NCBI GenBank assembly: GCA_964016885.1
Contig: OZ024740.1
Coordinates: 254,386,001-254,450,000 of the forward strand
Reading direction: 5' to 3'
Source: Eledone cirrhosa
Taxonomy: Eukaryota
Length of the DNA: 64,000 nt
Position numbers and translations under genes: made by a program
Notes under the pieces: generated by a model
Database searches by the model: none
The model's input: the letters and a program-made list of their open reading frames with translations, nothing else
What the model was told of the DNA's origin: nothing
Shown here: one piece after another, positions 40,053 through 55,600 of the stretch
Position numbering within the stretch: position 1 is the stretch's first letter
How the letters are laid out: each line of letters starts with the position of its first letter

Positions 40053-40123
40053 AGACTCCCCCCCACACACCCACACAACCACACACACACACATACACAC
40101 ACACATATATATATACATATATA

Positions 40124-40600
40124 CAGTGTAAATAATAATCAAAGAGTATTTAATCTTTCGAATATTTAATAACTAACGATCGTTTCATCCTAGCACAAAG
40201 CTGTTGCCTCAGAGTTATTACAAAAATTAGACACAAATATAAGATCAAACTTTGCTTCAAGAACATTGGGAGGATACATATTATGAGAGGTTAGATGAGC
40301 GCAAGCATTAATATTTATATAAGTTAAGTGAGGCGGAAAAAAAATAGGACCAGATAAAATGCAATAAAATAAAGTAAAATAAAACAAAATACACGTGGTA
40401 AAAGATAACTGAAGTACATTATAACTTATATACAGTTGTGGACAAAATTGATGCTGAGAAAGTTAGTAATAGGAGACAGAAGAAACATGCATTTCAAAGA
40501 TTTAAGCATTTAAAAAAATATTAAATGGTTAGATGCACGTTTAACATAGGACTAGAGATAGGTGCAAGACTATAAGGTCGAACACACAGTTCAGACATAA
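40124..40600 (-). mobile_element. PLE-like hammerhead-bearing element abutting the 39-bp satellite
   Basis: The reverse complement aligns with 7572-8018. Hammerhead-like taataact-CTGAGGC...GAAAC-GATC-GTT-agttatta at 40167-40220. Confidence 0.7.
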
Positions 40601-43600
40601 TTGCAAGACTATAAGGTCGACGACATAGTTCAGTCATAATAACAAGTCTATAAGGTCGACCACAGAGTTCAGTCATAATAACAAGACTATAAGGTCGACG
40701 ACACAATTCCGTCATAATAACAAGACTATAAGGTCAACCACACAATTCAGCCATAATAACAAGACTATAAGGTCGACCACACAATTCAGTCATAATAACA
40801 AGATTATAAGGCCGACCAGAAAGTTCAGCCATGATAAAAAACTATAAGGTCGACCACACTGTTCAGTCATAATTGCTAGACTATAAGGTCGACCACACAG
40901 TTCAGCCATAATTGCAAGACTATAAGGTCGACTACACAGTTCAGCAATAATAACAAGAGTATAAGGTCGACCAAACAGTACAGCCATAATAACAAGACTA
41001 TAAGGTCGACCACAGAATTCAGTCATAATAACAAGACTATAAGGTCGACAACACTGTTCTGCCATAATAACAAGACTATAAGGTCGACCACACAATTCAG
41101 CCATAATAACAAGACTATAAGGTCGAGCACACAATTCAGTCATAATAACAAGACTATAAGGTAGACTACACAGTTCCGTCATAATAAGAAGTCTATAAGG
41201 TCGACCACACAGTTCAGCCATAATTGCAAGACAATAAGGTCGAACATACAGATCAGTCATAACAAGTCTATAAGGGCGACCAAACAGTTCAGCCATAATA
41301 ATAAGACTAGAATGTCGAACACAGTTCAGCCATAATAACAAGACCCCAGAAATCAGTCATAATAACAGGACTAAAAGATCGACCGCACAATTCAGTCATA
41401 ATAACAAGACTAAAAGGTCGAAAACACAGTTAAGTCAAAATAACAAGACCCCACAATTCAATCATAAAAACAAGACTATAAGGTCGACCACACAGTTCAG
41501 TCATAATAACAAGACTATAAGGTCGACCACACAGTTCAGTCATAATAAAAAACTATAAGATCGACAACACACTTGTGTTATAGTTGAAAGACGATAAGGT
41601 CGACCACACAATTCAGTTATAATAACAAGATTATAAGGTCGACTACACAATTCAATCATAATAACAAGACTATAAGGGCGACTACACATTTCAGCCATAA
41701 TGACAAGACTATAAGGTCGACCACACATTTAGACATAATAACAAGACTATAAGGTCCACCACACAGTTCAGTCATAATAACAAGACTATAAGGTCGACCA
41801 CACAGTTCAGTCTTAATAACAAGACTATAAGGTCCACCACACAATTGAGTCATAATAACAAGACTATAAGGACGACCACACAGTTCAATCATAATAACAA
41901 GACTATAGGGTGGACCACACAGTTCAGTCATAATAACAACACTATAAGGTCGACTACACAGTTCAGCCATAATAACAAGACTATAAGGACGACCACACAG
42001 TCCAGTCATAATAACAAGACTATAAGCTCGACCACACAGTTCAGTCATAATTGTAAGACTATAAGGTCGACCACACAGTTTAGTCATAAAACAAAGCTAT
42101 AAGGCTGACCACACAATTCAGTCAAAGTAACAAGATTATAAGGTCGAACAGACTGTTCAGTCATAATAACAAGACCGAACAATTCAGTCATAATAACAAG
42201 ACTATAAGGTCGACCACACATTTCAGTCACAATTGCAAGTCTATAAGGTCGACCACAGAATTCAGTCATAATAACAATACTATAAGGTCGAATACACAGT
42301 TCACCCATAATAACAAGACTATAAAGTCGACCACACAATTCAGCCATAATAACAAGACTATAAGGTCTACCACACAGTTCTGTCATAATAACAAGACTAT
42401 AAGTTCGACCACACAGTTCCGTCATAATAACAATACTATAAGGTCAACCACACAGTTCAGTCATATTAACAAAACTATAAGGTCGACCACACAATTCAGT
42501 CATAATAACAAGATTATAAGGCCGACCAGAAAGTTCAGCCATAATAAAAAAACTATAAGGTCGACCACACTGTTCAGTCATAATTGCTAGACTATAAGGT
42601 CGACCACATAGTTCAGCCATAATTGCAAGACTATAAGGACGACCACACATTTCAGTCATAAAACAAAGCTATAAGGTTGAGCACACAATTCAGTCATAAT
42701 AACAGACCCCACATTTCAGTCATAATAACAAGACTATAAGGTCGACCACACATTTCAGTCACAATTGCAAGAATATAAGGTCAACCCCACAATTCTGTCA
42801 TAATAACAAGACTATAAGATCCACCACACAGTTCAGCCATAATAACAAGACTATAAGGTCGACCACACAATTCAGTTGTTTTAACAAAATTATAAGGCCG
42901 ACCAGACAGTTCAGCCATAATAACTAGTCTATACGGTCGACCACGCAGTTCAGTAATAATTGCCAGACTATAAGGTCGACCACACAGTTCAGCCATAATT
43001 GCAAGACTATAAGGTCGACCACACAGTACAGCCATAATAACAAGACTATATCGTCGACCACACAATATAGTCATAATAACAAGACTATAAGTTCGACCAC
43101 AAAATTCAGTCATAATAACAAGATTATAAGGTCGACAACACTGTTCAGCCATAATAACAAGACTATAAGGTCGAGCACACAATTCAGTCATAGTAACAAG
43201 ACTATAAGGTAGACCACACAGTTCCGTCATAATAAGAAGTCTATAAGGTCGACCACACAGTTTAGTCATAATTACCACACTATAAGGTCGACCACACAGT
43301 TCAGCCATAATTGCAAGACTATAAGGTCGAACATACAGTCAGTCAAAACAAGTCTATAAGGGCGACAAAACAGTTCAGCCATAATCATAAGACTAGAAGG
43401 TCGAACACACAGTTCAGTCATAATAACAAGACTCCTAAAATCAGTCATAATAACAGGACTAAAAGGTCGAAAACACAGTTCAGTCAAAATAACAAAACCC
43501 ACAATTCAGTCAAAATAACAACACATTTCAGTCACAATTGCAATACTATAAGGCCGACGAGACAGTTCAGCCATAATAACAAGACTATAAGGTCGACTAC

Positions 43601-46600
43601 ACTGTTCAGCCACAATAACAAGTCTATGAGGTCGACTACACAATTCAGCCATAATAATAAGACTATAAGATCGACCACACCGTTCAGTCATATTAACAAG
43701 ACTATAAGGTCGACCACACAGTTCAGACATAATTGCAAGACTATAAGGTCGATCACCCAGTTCAGCCATTATAACAAGACTATAAGGTCGACCAAACAGT
43801 ACAGCCATAATAACAAGACTATAAGGTCGACCACAGAATTCAGTCATAATAACAAGACTATAAGGTCGACAACACTGTTCAACCATAATAACAAGAGTAT
43901 AAGGTCGACCACACAATTCAGCCATAATAACAAGACTATAAGGTAGACCACACAGTTCCGTCATAATAAGAAGTCTATAAGGTCGACCACACAGTTCAGT
44001 CAGAATTGCCAGACTATAAGGTAGACAACACAGTTTAGCCATAATTGCAAGACTATAAGGTCGACCACACAGTATAGCCATAATTGCAAGTGTATAAGGT
44101 CGACCATACAGATCAGTCATAACAGGTCTATAAATGCGACGAAACAGTTCAGCCATAATAACAGGACTATAAGGTCGACCACACAATTCAGTCATAATAA
44201 CAATACTATAAGGTCGAAAACACAGTTCAGTCATAATAACAAGACTATAAGGTCGACCATAGAATTCAGTCATAATAACAAGACTATAAGGTCGATCAGT
44301 TGTTCAGCCATAATAACAAGATTATAACCTCGACCACAATATTCAATCATATTAACAATACTATAAGGTCAACCACACATTATAGTCATAATAAAAAGAC
44401 TGTAAGGTCGACCACACAGTTCAGTCATAATAACAAACTATAAGATCGATCACACACTTGTGTTATAGTTGAAAGACTATAAGATCGACCACACAGTTCA
44501 GTCACAATTGCAAGACGATAAGTTCGACCACACAGTTCAGTCATAATAACAAGACTATAAGGTCGACTACACAATTCAGCCATAATAACAAGACTATAAG
44601 GTCCACCACACAGTTCCGTCGTAATAACAAGACTATAAGGTCGACAACATATTTCAATCACAATTGCAAGGCTATAAGTTCGACCACACAATTCCGTCAT
44701 AATAACAAGACTATAAAGTCAACCACACAGTTCAGCCATAAAAACAAGACTATAAGGTCGACGACACAGTTCAGCCATAATAACAAAACTATACGGTCGA
44801 CCACACCGTTCAGCCATAATAACAAAACCCCATAATTCAGTCATAATAACAGGACTATAAGGTCGACCACAAATTTCAGTCACAATTGCAAGACTATACG
44901 GTCGACCACACAATTCATTCATAATAACAAGACTATAAGGTCAACTACACAGTTCAGCCATAATAACAAGACTATAAGGTCGACCACAGAATTCAGTCAT
45001 AATAACAAGACTATAAGATCGACTACACAGTTCAGCCATAATAACAAGTCTATAAGGTCGACAACACAATTCAGCCATAATAACAAGACTATAAGGTCGA
45101 CCACACAATTCAGTCATAATAACAAGACTATAAGGCCGACGAGACAGTTCAGCCATAATAACAAGGCTATAAGGTCGACCACACAGTTCAGTCATTATTG
45201 CAAGACTATAAGGTCGACCACATAGTCCAGCCATAAAAACAAGGCTATAAGGTCGACACACAGTTCAGTCATAATAACAAGACTATAAGGTCGACCACAC
45301 AGTTCAGGCAAAATAAAAAGACTATAAGATCCACCACACAGTTCAGCCATAATAACAAGACAATAAGGTCGACCACACAATTCAGTCATAATTGCCAGAC
45401 TATAAAGTCGACCACAAAATTCAGTCATAATAACAAGTCTATAAGGTCGACCACACAATTCAGTCATAATAACAAACTATAAGGTCGACCACACACTTCA
45501 GTTATAGTTGAAAGATTATAAGGTCGACCACACAGTTTAGTCATAATAACAAGACCTAACAATTCAGTCATTATAACAAGACTATGTGCTCGACCACACA
45601 GGTGTGTCATAATTGCAAGACTATAAGGTCGACCACACAGTTCAGTCATAAAACAAAGCTACAAGGTTGACCACACAATTCAGTCATAAAAACAAGACTA
45701 TAAGGTCGAACACACAGTTCAATCATAATAACAGGACTATAAGGTCGACTACACAGTTCAGCCATAATAACAAGATTATAAGGTCGACCACACAATTCAG
45801 TCTTAATAACAAGACTATAAGGTAGACCACACATTTCCGTCATAATAATAAGTCTATAAGGTCGACCATACCGTTCAGTCATATTAACAAGACTATAAGG
45901 TCGACCACAACATTCAGTCATAATAACAAGACTATAAGTCGACCACACAGTTCAGTCATAATATCAAGACTATGAGGTCGACTACACAGTTCAGCTATAA
46001 TAACAAGACTATAAGGTCGACCACACAATTCTGCCATAATAACAACACTATAAGGTCGACCAGACCGTTCAGCCATAATAACAAGACTATAAGGCCGACC
46101 AGACAGTTCAGCCATAATAACAACACGATAAGGTCGACCAAATAATTCAGTCATAATAACAAGACTATAAGGTCGACTACACTGTTCAGCCACAATAACA
46201 AGTGTATAAGGTCCGTACACAATTCAGCTATAATTATAAGACTATAATGTCCACCACACCGTTCAGTCATGTTAAAAGGACTATAAGGTCGACCACACAA
46301 TTCAGTCATAATAACAAATTTATAAGACCGACCAGACAGTTCAGCCATAATAACAAGACTATAAGGTTGACCAGACAGATCAGCCATAATAACAAGTCAT
46401 TAAGGTCGACCACACAGTTCAGTCATAATTGCCAAACTATAAGGTCGCCCACAGTTCAGCCATAATTGCAAGACTATAAGGTCGACCACACAGTTCAGTT
46501 ATAAAACAAAACTATAAGGTTGACCACACAGTTCAATCATAATAACAGGACTATAAGGTTGACTACACAGTTCAGCCATAATAACAAGATTATAAGGACG

Positions 46601-49600
46601 ACCACACAGTTCCGTCATAATAACAACATTATAAGGTCGACTAGACAGTTCAGCCATAATAACAAGACTATAAGGTCGACCACACAATTCAGCTTTAATA
46701 ACAACACTATAAGGTCGACCAGACAGTTCAGCCATAATAACAAGATTATAAGGTCGACCACACAATTCAGCCTTAATAACAACACTATAAGGTCGACCAG
46801 ACAGTTCAGCCATAATAAGAAGACTATAAGGCCGACCAGATAGTTCAGCCATAATAACATGACGATAAGGTCGACCACATAATTCAGTCATAATAACAAG
46901 ACTATAAGGTCGACTACACTGTTAAGCCACAATAACAAGTCTATAAGGTCGACTACACAATTCAGCTATAATAATAAGACTATAAGGTCGACCAAACAGT
47001 ACAGCCATAATAACAAGACTATAAGGTCGACCACAGAATTCAGTCATAATAACAAGACTATAAGGTCGACAACACTGTTCAACCATAATAACAAGAGTAT
47101 AAGGTCGACCACACAATTCAGCCATAATAACAGGACTATAAGGTAGACCACACAGTTCCGTCATAATAAGAAGTCTATAAGGTCGACCACACAGTTCAGT
47201 CAGAATTGCCAGACTATAAGGTAGACAACACAGTTTAGTCATAATTGCAAGACTATAAGGTCGACCACACAGTATAGCCATAATTGCAAGTGTATAAGGT
47301 CGACCATACAGATCAGTCATAACAGGTCTATAAATGCGACCAAACAGTTCAGCCATAATAACAGGACTATAAGGTCGGCCACACAATTCAGTCATAATAA
47401 CAATACTATAAGGTCGAAAACACAGTTCAGTCATAATAACAAGACTATAAGGTCGACCATAGAATTCAGTCATAATAACAAGACTATAAGGTCGATCAGT
47501 TGTTCAGCCATAATAACAAGATTATAAGCTCGACCACAATATTCAATCATATTAACAATACTATAAGGTCAACCACACATTTTAGTCATAATAAAAAGAC
47601 TGTAAGGTCGACCACACAGTTCAGTCATAATAACAAACTATAAGATCGATCACACACTTGTGTTATAGTTGAAAGACTATAAGATCGACCACACAGTTCA
47701 GTCACAATTGCAAGACGATAAGTTCGACCACACAGTTCAGTCATAATAACAAGACTATAAGGTCGACTACACAATTCAGCCATAATAACAAGACTATAAG
47801 GTCGACCACACAGTTCCGTCGTAATAACAAGACTATAAGTTCAACCACACAATTCCGTCATAATAACAAGACTATAAGGTCGACAACATATTTCAATCAC
47901 AATTGCAAGGCTATAAGTTCGACCACACAATTCCGTCATAATAACAAGACTATAAGGTCAACCACACAGTTCAGCCATAAAAACAAGACTATAAGGTCGA
48001 CGACACAGTTCAGCCATAATAACAAAACTATACGGTCGACCACACCGTTCAGCCATAATAACAAAACCCCATAATTCAGTCATAATAACAGGACTATAAG
48101 GTCGACCACAAATTTCAGTCACAATTGCAAGACTATACGGTCGACCACACAATTCATTCACAAGACTATAAGGTCAACTACACAGTTCAGCCATAATAAC
48201 AAGACTATAAGGTCGACCACAGAATTCAGTCATAATAACAAGACTATAAGATCGACTACACAGTTCAGCCATAATAACAAGTCTATAAGGTCGACAACAC
48301 AATTCAGCCATAATAACAAGACTATAAGGTCGACCACACAATTCAGTCATAATAACAAGACTATAAGGCCGACGAGACAGTTCAGCCATAATAACAAGGC
48401 TATAAGGTCGACCACACAGTTCAGTCATTATTGCAAGACTATAAGGTCGACCACATAGTCCAGCCATAAAAACAAGGCTATAAGGTCGACACACAGTTCA
48501 GTCATAATAACAAGACTATAAGGTCGACCACACAGTTCAGGCAAAATAAAAAGACTATAAGATCCACCACACAGTTCAGCCATAATAACAAGACAATAAG
48601 GTCGACCACACAATTCAGTCATAATTGCCAGACTATAAAGTCGACCACAAAATTCAGTCATAATAACAAGTCTATAAGGTCGACCACACAATTCAGTCAT
48701 AATAACAAACTATAAGGTCGACCACACACTTCAGTTATAGTTGAAAGATTATAAGGTCGACCACACAGTTTAGTCATAATAACAAGACCTAACAATTCAG
48801 TCATTATAACAAGACTATGTGCTCGACCACACAGGTGTGTCATAATTGCAAGACTATAAGGTCGACCACACAGTTCAGTCAGAAAACAAAGCTACAAGGT
48901 TGACCACACAATTCAGTCATAAAAACAAGACTATAAGGTCGAACACACAGTTCAATCATAATAACAGGACTATAAGGTCGACTACACAGTTCAGCCATAA
49001 TAACAAGATTATAAGGTCGACCACACAATTCAGTCTTAATAACAAGACTATAAGGTAGACCACACATTTCCGTCATAATAATAAGTCTATAAGGTCGACC
49101 ATACCGTTCAGTCATATTAACAAGACTATAAGGTCGACCACAACATTCAGTCATAATAACAAGACTATAAGTCGACCACACAGTTGAGTCATAAAAATCA
49201 AGACTATGAGGTCGACTACACAGTTCAGCTATAATAACAAGACTATAAGGTCGACCACACAATTCTGCCATAATAACAACACTATAAGGTCGACCAGACC
49301 GTTCAGCCATAATAACAAGACTATAAGGCCGACCAGACAGTTCAGCCATAATAACAACACGATAAGGTCGACCAAATAATTCAGTCATAATAACAAGACT
49401 ATAAGGTCGACTACACTGTTCAGCCACAATAACAAGTGTATAAGGTCCGTACACAATTCAGCTATAATTATAAGACTATAATGTCCACCACACCGTTCAG
49501 TCATGTTAAAAGGACTATAAGGTCGACCACACAATTCAGTCATAATAACAAATTTATAAGACCGACCAGACAGTTCAGCCGTAATAACAAGACTATAAGG

Positions 49601-52600
49601 TTGACCAGACAGATCAGCCATAATAACAAGTCATTAAGGTCGACCACACAGTTCAGTCATAATTGCCAAACTATAAGGTCGCCCACAGTTCAGCCATAAT
49701 TGCAAGACTATAAGGTCGACCACACAGTTCAGTTATAAAACAAAACTATAAGGTTGACCACACAGTTCAATCATAATAACAGGACTATAAGGTTGACTAC
49801 ACAGTTCAGCCATAATAACAAGATTATAAGGACGACCACACAGTTCCGTCATAATAACAACACTATAAGGTCGACTAGACAGTTCAGCCATAATAACAAG
49901 ACTATAAGGTCGACCACACAATTCAGCCTTAATAACAACACTATAAGGTCGACCAGACAGTTCAGCCATAATAACAAGATTATAAGGTCGACCACACAAT
50001 TCAGCCTTAATAATAACACTATAAGGTCGACCATACAGTTCAGCCATAATAACAAGACTATAAGGCCGACCAGATAGTTCAGCCATAATAACATGACGAT
50101 AAGGTCGACCACATAATTCAGTCATAATAACAAGACTATAAGGTCGACTACACTGTTAAGCCACAATAACAAGTCTATAAGGTCGACTACACAATTCAGC
50201 TATAATAATAAGACTATAAGGTCGACCACACCGTTCAGTCATATTAAAAGGACTATAAGGTCGACCACACAATTCAGTCATAATAACAAAATTATAAGGC
50301 CGACAAGACAGTTCAGCCATAATAACAAGTCTATAAGGTCGACTAGACAGTTCAGTCATAATTGCCTGACTATAAGGTCGCCCACAGTTCAGCCATAATT
50401 GCAAGACTATAAGGTCGACCACACAGTTCAGCCATAATTGCAAGAGTATAAGGTCGACCATACAGTTCAGCCATAAAAACAAGACTATGAGGTCCACCAC
50501 ACAGTTCAGCAATAATAACAAGACTATAAGGTCGACCACACAGTTCAGTCATAATAACAAGACTATAGGGTGGACCACACAGTTCAGCCATAATAACAAG
50601 ACTATAAGGACGACCACACAGTCCAGTCATAATTGTAAGACTACAATGTCGACCACACAGTTTAATCATAAAACAAAGCTATAAGGCCGACCTCACAATT
50701 CAGTCGAAATAACAAGATTATAAGGGCGAACACACTGTTCAGTCATAATAACAAGACCGAAAAATTCAGTCATAATAACACGACTATAAGGTCGACCACA
50801 CAATTCCGTCATAATAACAAGACTATAAGGTCAACCACACAGTTCAGCCATAATAACAAGTCTATGAGGTCGACCACAGAATTCAGTCATAATAACAAGA
50901 CTATAAGGTCGACAACACTGTTCAACAATAATAACAAGAGTATAAGGTCGACCACACAATTCAGCCATAATAACAAGACTATAAGGTAGACCACACAGTT
51001 CTGTCATAATAAGAAGTCTATAAGGTCGACCACACAGTTCAGTCATAATTGCAAGACTATAAGGTCGACCACACAGTATAGCCATAATTGCAAGTGTATA
51101 AGGTCGACCATACAGATCAGTCATAACAGGTCTATAAATGCGACCAAACAGTTCAGCCATAATAATAAGACTAGAAGGTCGACCATACAGTTCAGCCATA
51201 ATAACAAGACCCCACAATTCAGTCATAATTACAGGACTATAAGGTCGACCACACAATTCAGTCATAATAACAAGACTATATGGTCGAAAACACAGTTCAG
51301 TCATAATAACAAGACTATAAGGTCGATCACTTGTTCAGCCATAATAACAAGATTAAGAGCTCGACCACAATATTCAGTCATATTAACAATACTATAAGGT
51401 CGACCACACAGTTGAGTCATAATAAAAAGACTGTAAGGTCGACCACACAGTTCAGTCATAATAACAAACTATAGGATCGACCACACACTTGTGTTATAGT
51501 TGAAAGACTATAAGATCGACCACACAGTTCAGTCACAATTGCAAGACGATAAGTTCGACCACACAGTTCAGTCATAATAACAAGACTATAAGGTCGACTA
51601 CACAATTCAGCCATAATAACAAAATTATAAGGTCGACCACACAGTTCCGTCGTAATAACAAGACTATAAGTTCCACCACACAATTCCGTCATAATAACAA
51701 GACTATAAGGTCGACAAAACATTTCAATCACAATTGCAAGGCTATAAGTTCGACCACACAATTCCGTCATAATAACAAGACTATAAGGTCAACCACACAG
51801 TTCAGTCATAATAACAAGTCTATAACGTCGACCACACAATTCAGACATAATAACAAGACTGTAAGGTCGACCACACAGTTCTGTCGTAATAACAAGACTA
51901 TAAGTTCCACTACACAATTCAGTCATAATAACAAGACTATAAGTTCCACCACACAATTCAGTCATAATAACAAGACTATAAGTTCCACCACACAGTTCAG
52001 TCATAATAACAAGACTATAAGTTCGACCACACAGTTCAGTCATAATAACAAGACTATAAGGTCGACCACACAGTTCAGCCATAATTGCAAGAGTATAAGG
52101 TCGACCATACAGTTCAGCCATAAAAACAAGACTACGAGGTCCACCACACAATTCAGCAATAATAACAAGACTATAAGGTCGACCACACAGTTCAGTCATA
52201 ATAACAAGACTATAGGGTGGACCACACAGTTCAGCCATAATAACAAGACTATAAGGACGACCACACAGTCCAGTCATAATTGTAAGACTATAATGTCGAC
52301 CACACAGTTTAATCATAAAACAAAGCTATAAGGCCGACCACACAATTCAGTCGAAATAACAAGATTATAAGGGCGAACACACTGTTCAGTCATAATAACA
52401 AGACCGAAAAATTCAGTCATAATAACAAGACTATAAGGTCGACCACACATTGCAGTCAGAATTGCAAGACTATAATGTCGACCACACAATTCCGTCATAA
52501 TAACAAGACTATAAGGTCAACCACACAGTTCAGCCATAATAACAAGTCTATAAGGTCGACCACAGAATTCAGTCATTATAACAAGACTATAAGGTCGACA

Positions 52601-55600
52601 ACACTGTTCAACCATAATAACAAGAGTATAAGGTCGACCACACAATTCAGCCATAATAACAAGACTATAAGGTAGACCACACAGTTCTGTCATAATAAGA
52701 AGTCTATAAGGTCGACCACACAGTTCAGTCATAATTGCAAGACTATAAGGTCGACCACACAGTATATCCATAATTGCAAGTGTATAAGGTCGACCATAGA
52801 GATCAGTCATAACAGGTCTATAAATGCGACCAAACAGTTCAGCCATAATAATAAGACTAGAAGATCGACCACACAGTTCAGCCATAATAACAAGACCCCA
52901 CAATTCAGTCATAATAACAGGACTATAAGGTCGACCACACAATTCAGTCATAATAACAAGACTATAAGGTCGAAAACACAGTTCAGTCATAATAACAAGA
53001 TTATAAGGTCGACCACAGAATTCAGTCATAATAATAAGACTATAAGGTCGACCACTTGTTCAGCCATAATAACAAGATTATAAGCTCAACCACAATATTC
53101 AGTCATATTAACAATACTATAAGGTCGACCACACAGTTGAGTCATAATAAAAAGACTGTAAGGTCGACCACACAGTTCAGTCATAATAACAAACTATAAG
53201 ATCGACCACACACTTGTGTTATAGTTGAAAGACTATAAGATTGACCACACAGTTCAGTCACAATTGCAAGACGATAAGTTCGACCATACAGTTCAGTCAT
53301 AATAACAAGACTATAAGGTCGACTACACAATTCAGCCATAATAACAAAACTATAAGGTCGACTACACAGTTCCGTCGTAATAACAAGACTATAAGTTCCA
53401 CCACACAATTCCGTCATAATAACAAGACTATAAGGTCGACAAAACATTTCAATCACAATTGGAAGGCTATAAGTTCGACCACACAATTCCGTCATAATAA
53501 CAAGACTATAAGGTAAACCACACAGTTCAGTCATAATAACAAGTCTATAACGTCGACCACACAATTCAGCCATAATAACAAGACTGTAAGGTCGACCACA
53601 CAGTTCTGTCGTAATAACAAGACTATAAGTTCCACCACACAATTCAGTCATAATAACAAGACTATAAGTTCCACCACACAATTCAGTCATAATAACAAGA
53701 CTATAAGTTCCACCACACAGTTCAATCATAATAACAAGTCTATAAGATCGAACACACAGTTCAGTCATAATAACAAGACTATAAGTTCGACCACACAATT
53801 CAGTCATAATAACAAGACTATAAGTTCCACCACACAATTCAGTCATAATAACAAGACTATAAGTTCCACCACACAGTTCAATCATAATAACAAGTCTATA
53901 AGATCGACCACACAGTTCAGTCATAATAACAAGACTATAAGTTCGACCACACAGTTCAGTCATAATAACAAGACTATAAGGTCGACCACACAGTTCAGTC
54001 ATAATAACAAGACTATAAGTTCGACCACACAGTTCAGTCATAATAACAAGTCTATAAGGTCGACCACACAGTTCAGTCATAATAACAAGACTCTAAGGTC
54101 GACCACACAGTTCAGCCATAATTGCAAGAGTATAAGGTCGACCATACAGTTCAGCCATAAAAACAAGACTATGAGGTCCACCACACAGTTCAGAAATAAT
54201 AACAAGACTATAAGGTCGACCACACAGTTCAGTCATAATAACAAGACTATAGGGTGGACCACACAGTTCAGCCATAATAACAAGACTATAAGGACGACCA
54301 CACAGTCCAGTCATAATTGTAAGACTATAATGTCGACCACACAGTTTAGTCATAAAACAAAGCTATAAGGCCGACCACACAATTCAGTCGAAATAACAAG
54401 ATTATAAGGGCGAACACACTGTTCAGTCATAATAACAAGACCGAAAAATTCAGTCATAATAACAAGACTATAAGGTAGACCACACATTGCAGTCAGAATT
54501 GCAAGACTATAAGGTCGACCACACAATTCCGTCATAATAACAAGACTATAAGGTCAACCGCACAGTTCAGCCATAATAACAAGTCTATAAGGTCGACCAC
54601 AGAATTCAGTCATAATAACAAGACTATAAGGTCGACAACACTGTTCAACCATAATAACAAGAGTATAAGGTCGACCACACAATTCAGCCATAATAACAAG
54701 ACTATAAGGTAGACCACACAGTTCTGTCATAATAAGAAGTCTATACGGTCGACCACACAGTTCAGTCATAATTGCAAGACTATAAGGTCGACCACACAGT
54801 ATAGCCATAATTGCAAGTGTATAAGGTCGACCATACAGATCAGTCATAACAGGTCTATAAATGCGACCAAACAGTTCAGCCATAATAATAAGACTAGAAG
54901 GTCGACCACACAGTTCAACCATAATAACAAGACCCCACAATTCAGTCATAATAACAGGACTATAAGGTCGACCACACAGTATAGCCATAATTGCAAGTGT
55001 ATAAGGTCGACCATACAGATCAGTCATAACAGGTCTATAAATGCGACCAAACAGTTCAGCCATAATAATAAGACTAGAAGGTCGACCACACAGTTCAACC
55101 ATAATAACAAGACCCCACAATTCAGTCATAATAACAGGACTATAAGGTCGAAAACACAGTTCAGTCATAATAACAAGACTATAAGGTCGACCACAGAATT
55201 CAGTCATAATAACAAGACTATAAGGTCGACCACTTGTTCGGCCATAATAACAAGATTATAAGCTCGACCACAATATTCAGTCATATTAACAATACTATAA
55301 GGTCGACCACACAGTTGAGTCATAATAAAAAGACTGTAAGGTCGACCACACAGTTCAGTCATAATAACAAACTATAACATCGACCACACGTTTGTATTAT
55401 AGTTGAAAGACTATAAGATCGACCACAGAGTTCAGTCACAATTGCAAGACGATAAGTTCGACCACACATTTCAGTCATAATAACAAGACTATAAGGTCGA
55501 CTACACAATTCAGCCATAATAACAAGAATATAAGCTCGATCAAACAGTTCAGTCGTAATAACAAGACTATAAGTTCCACCACACAATTCAGTCATAATAA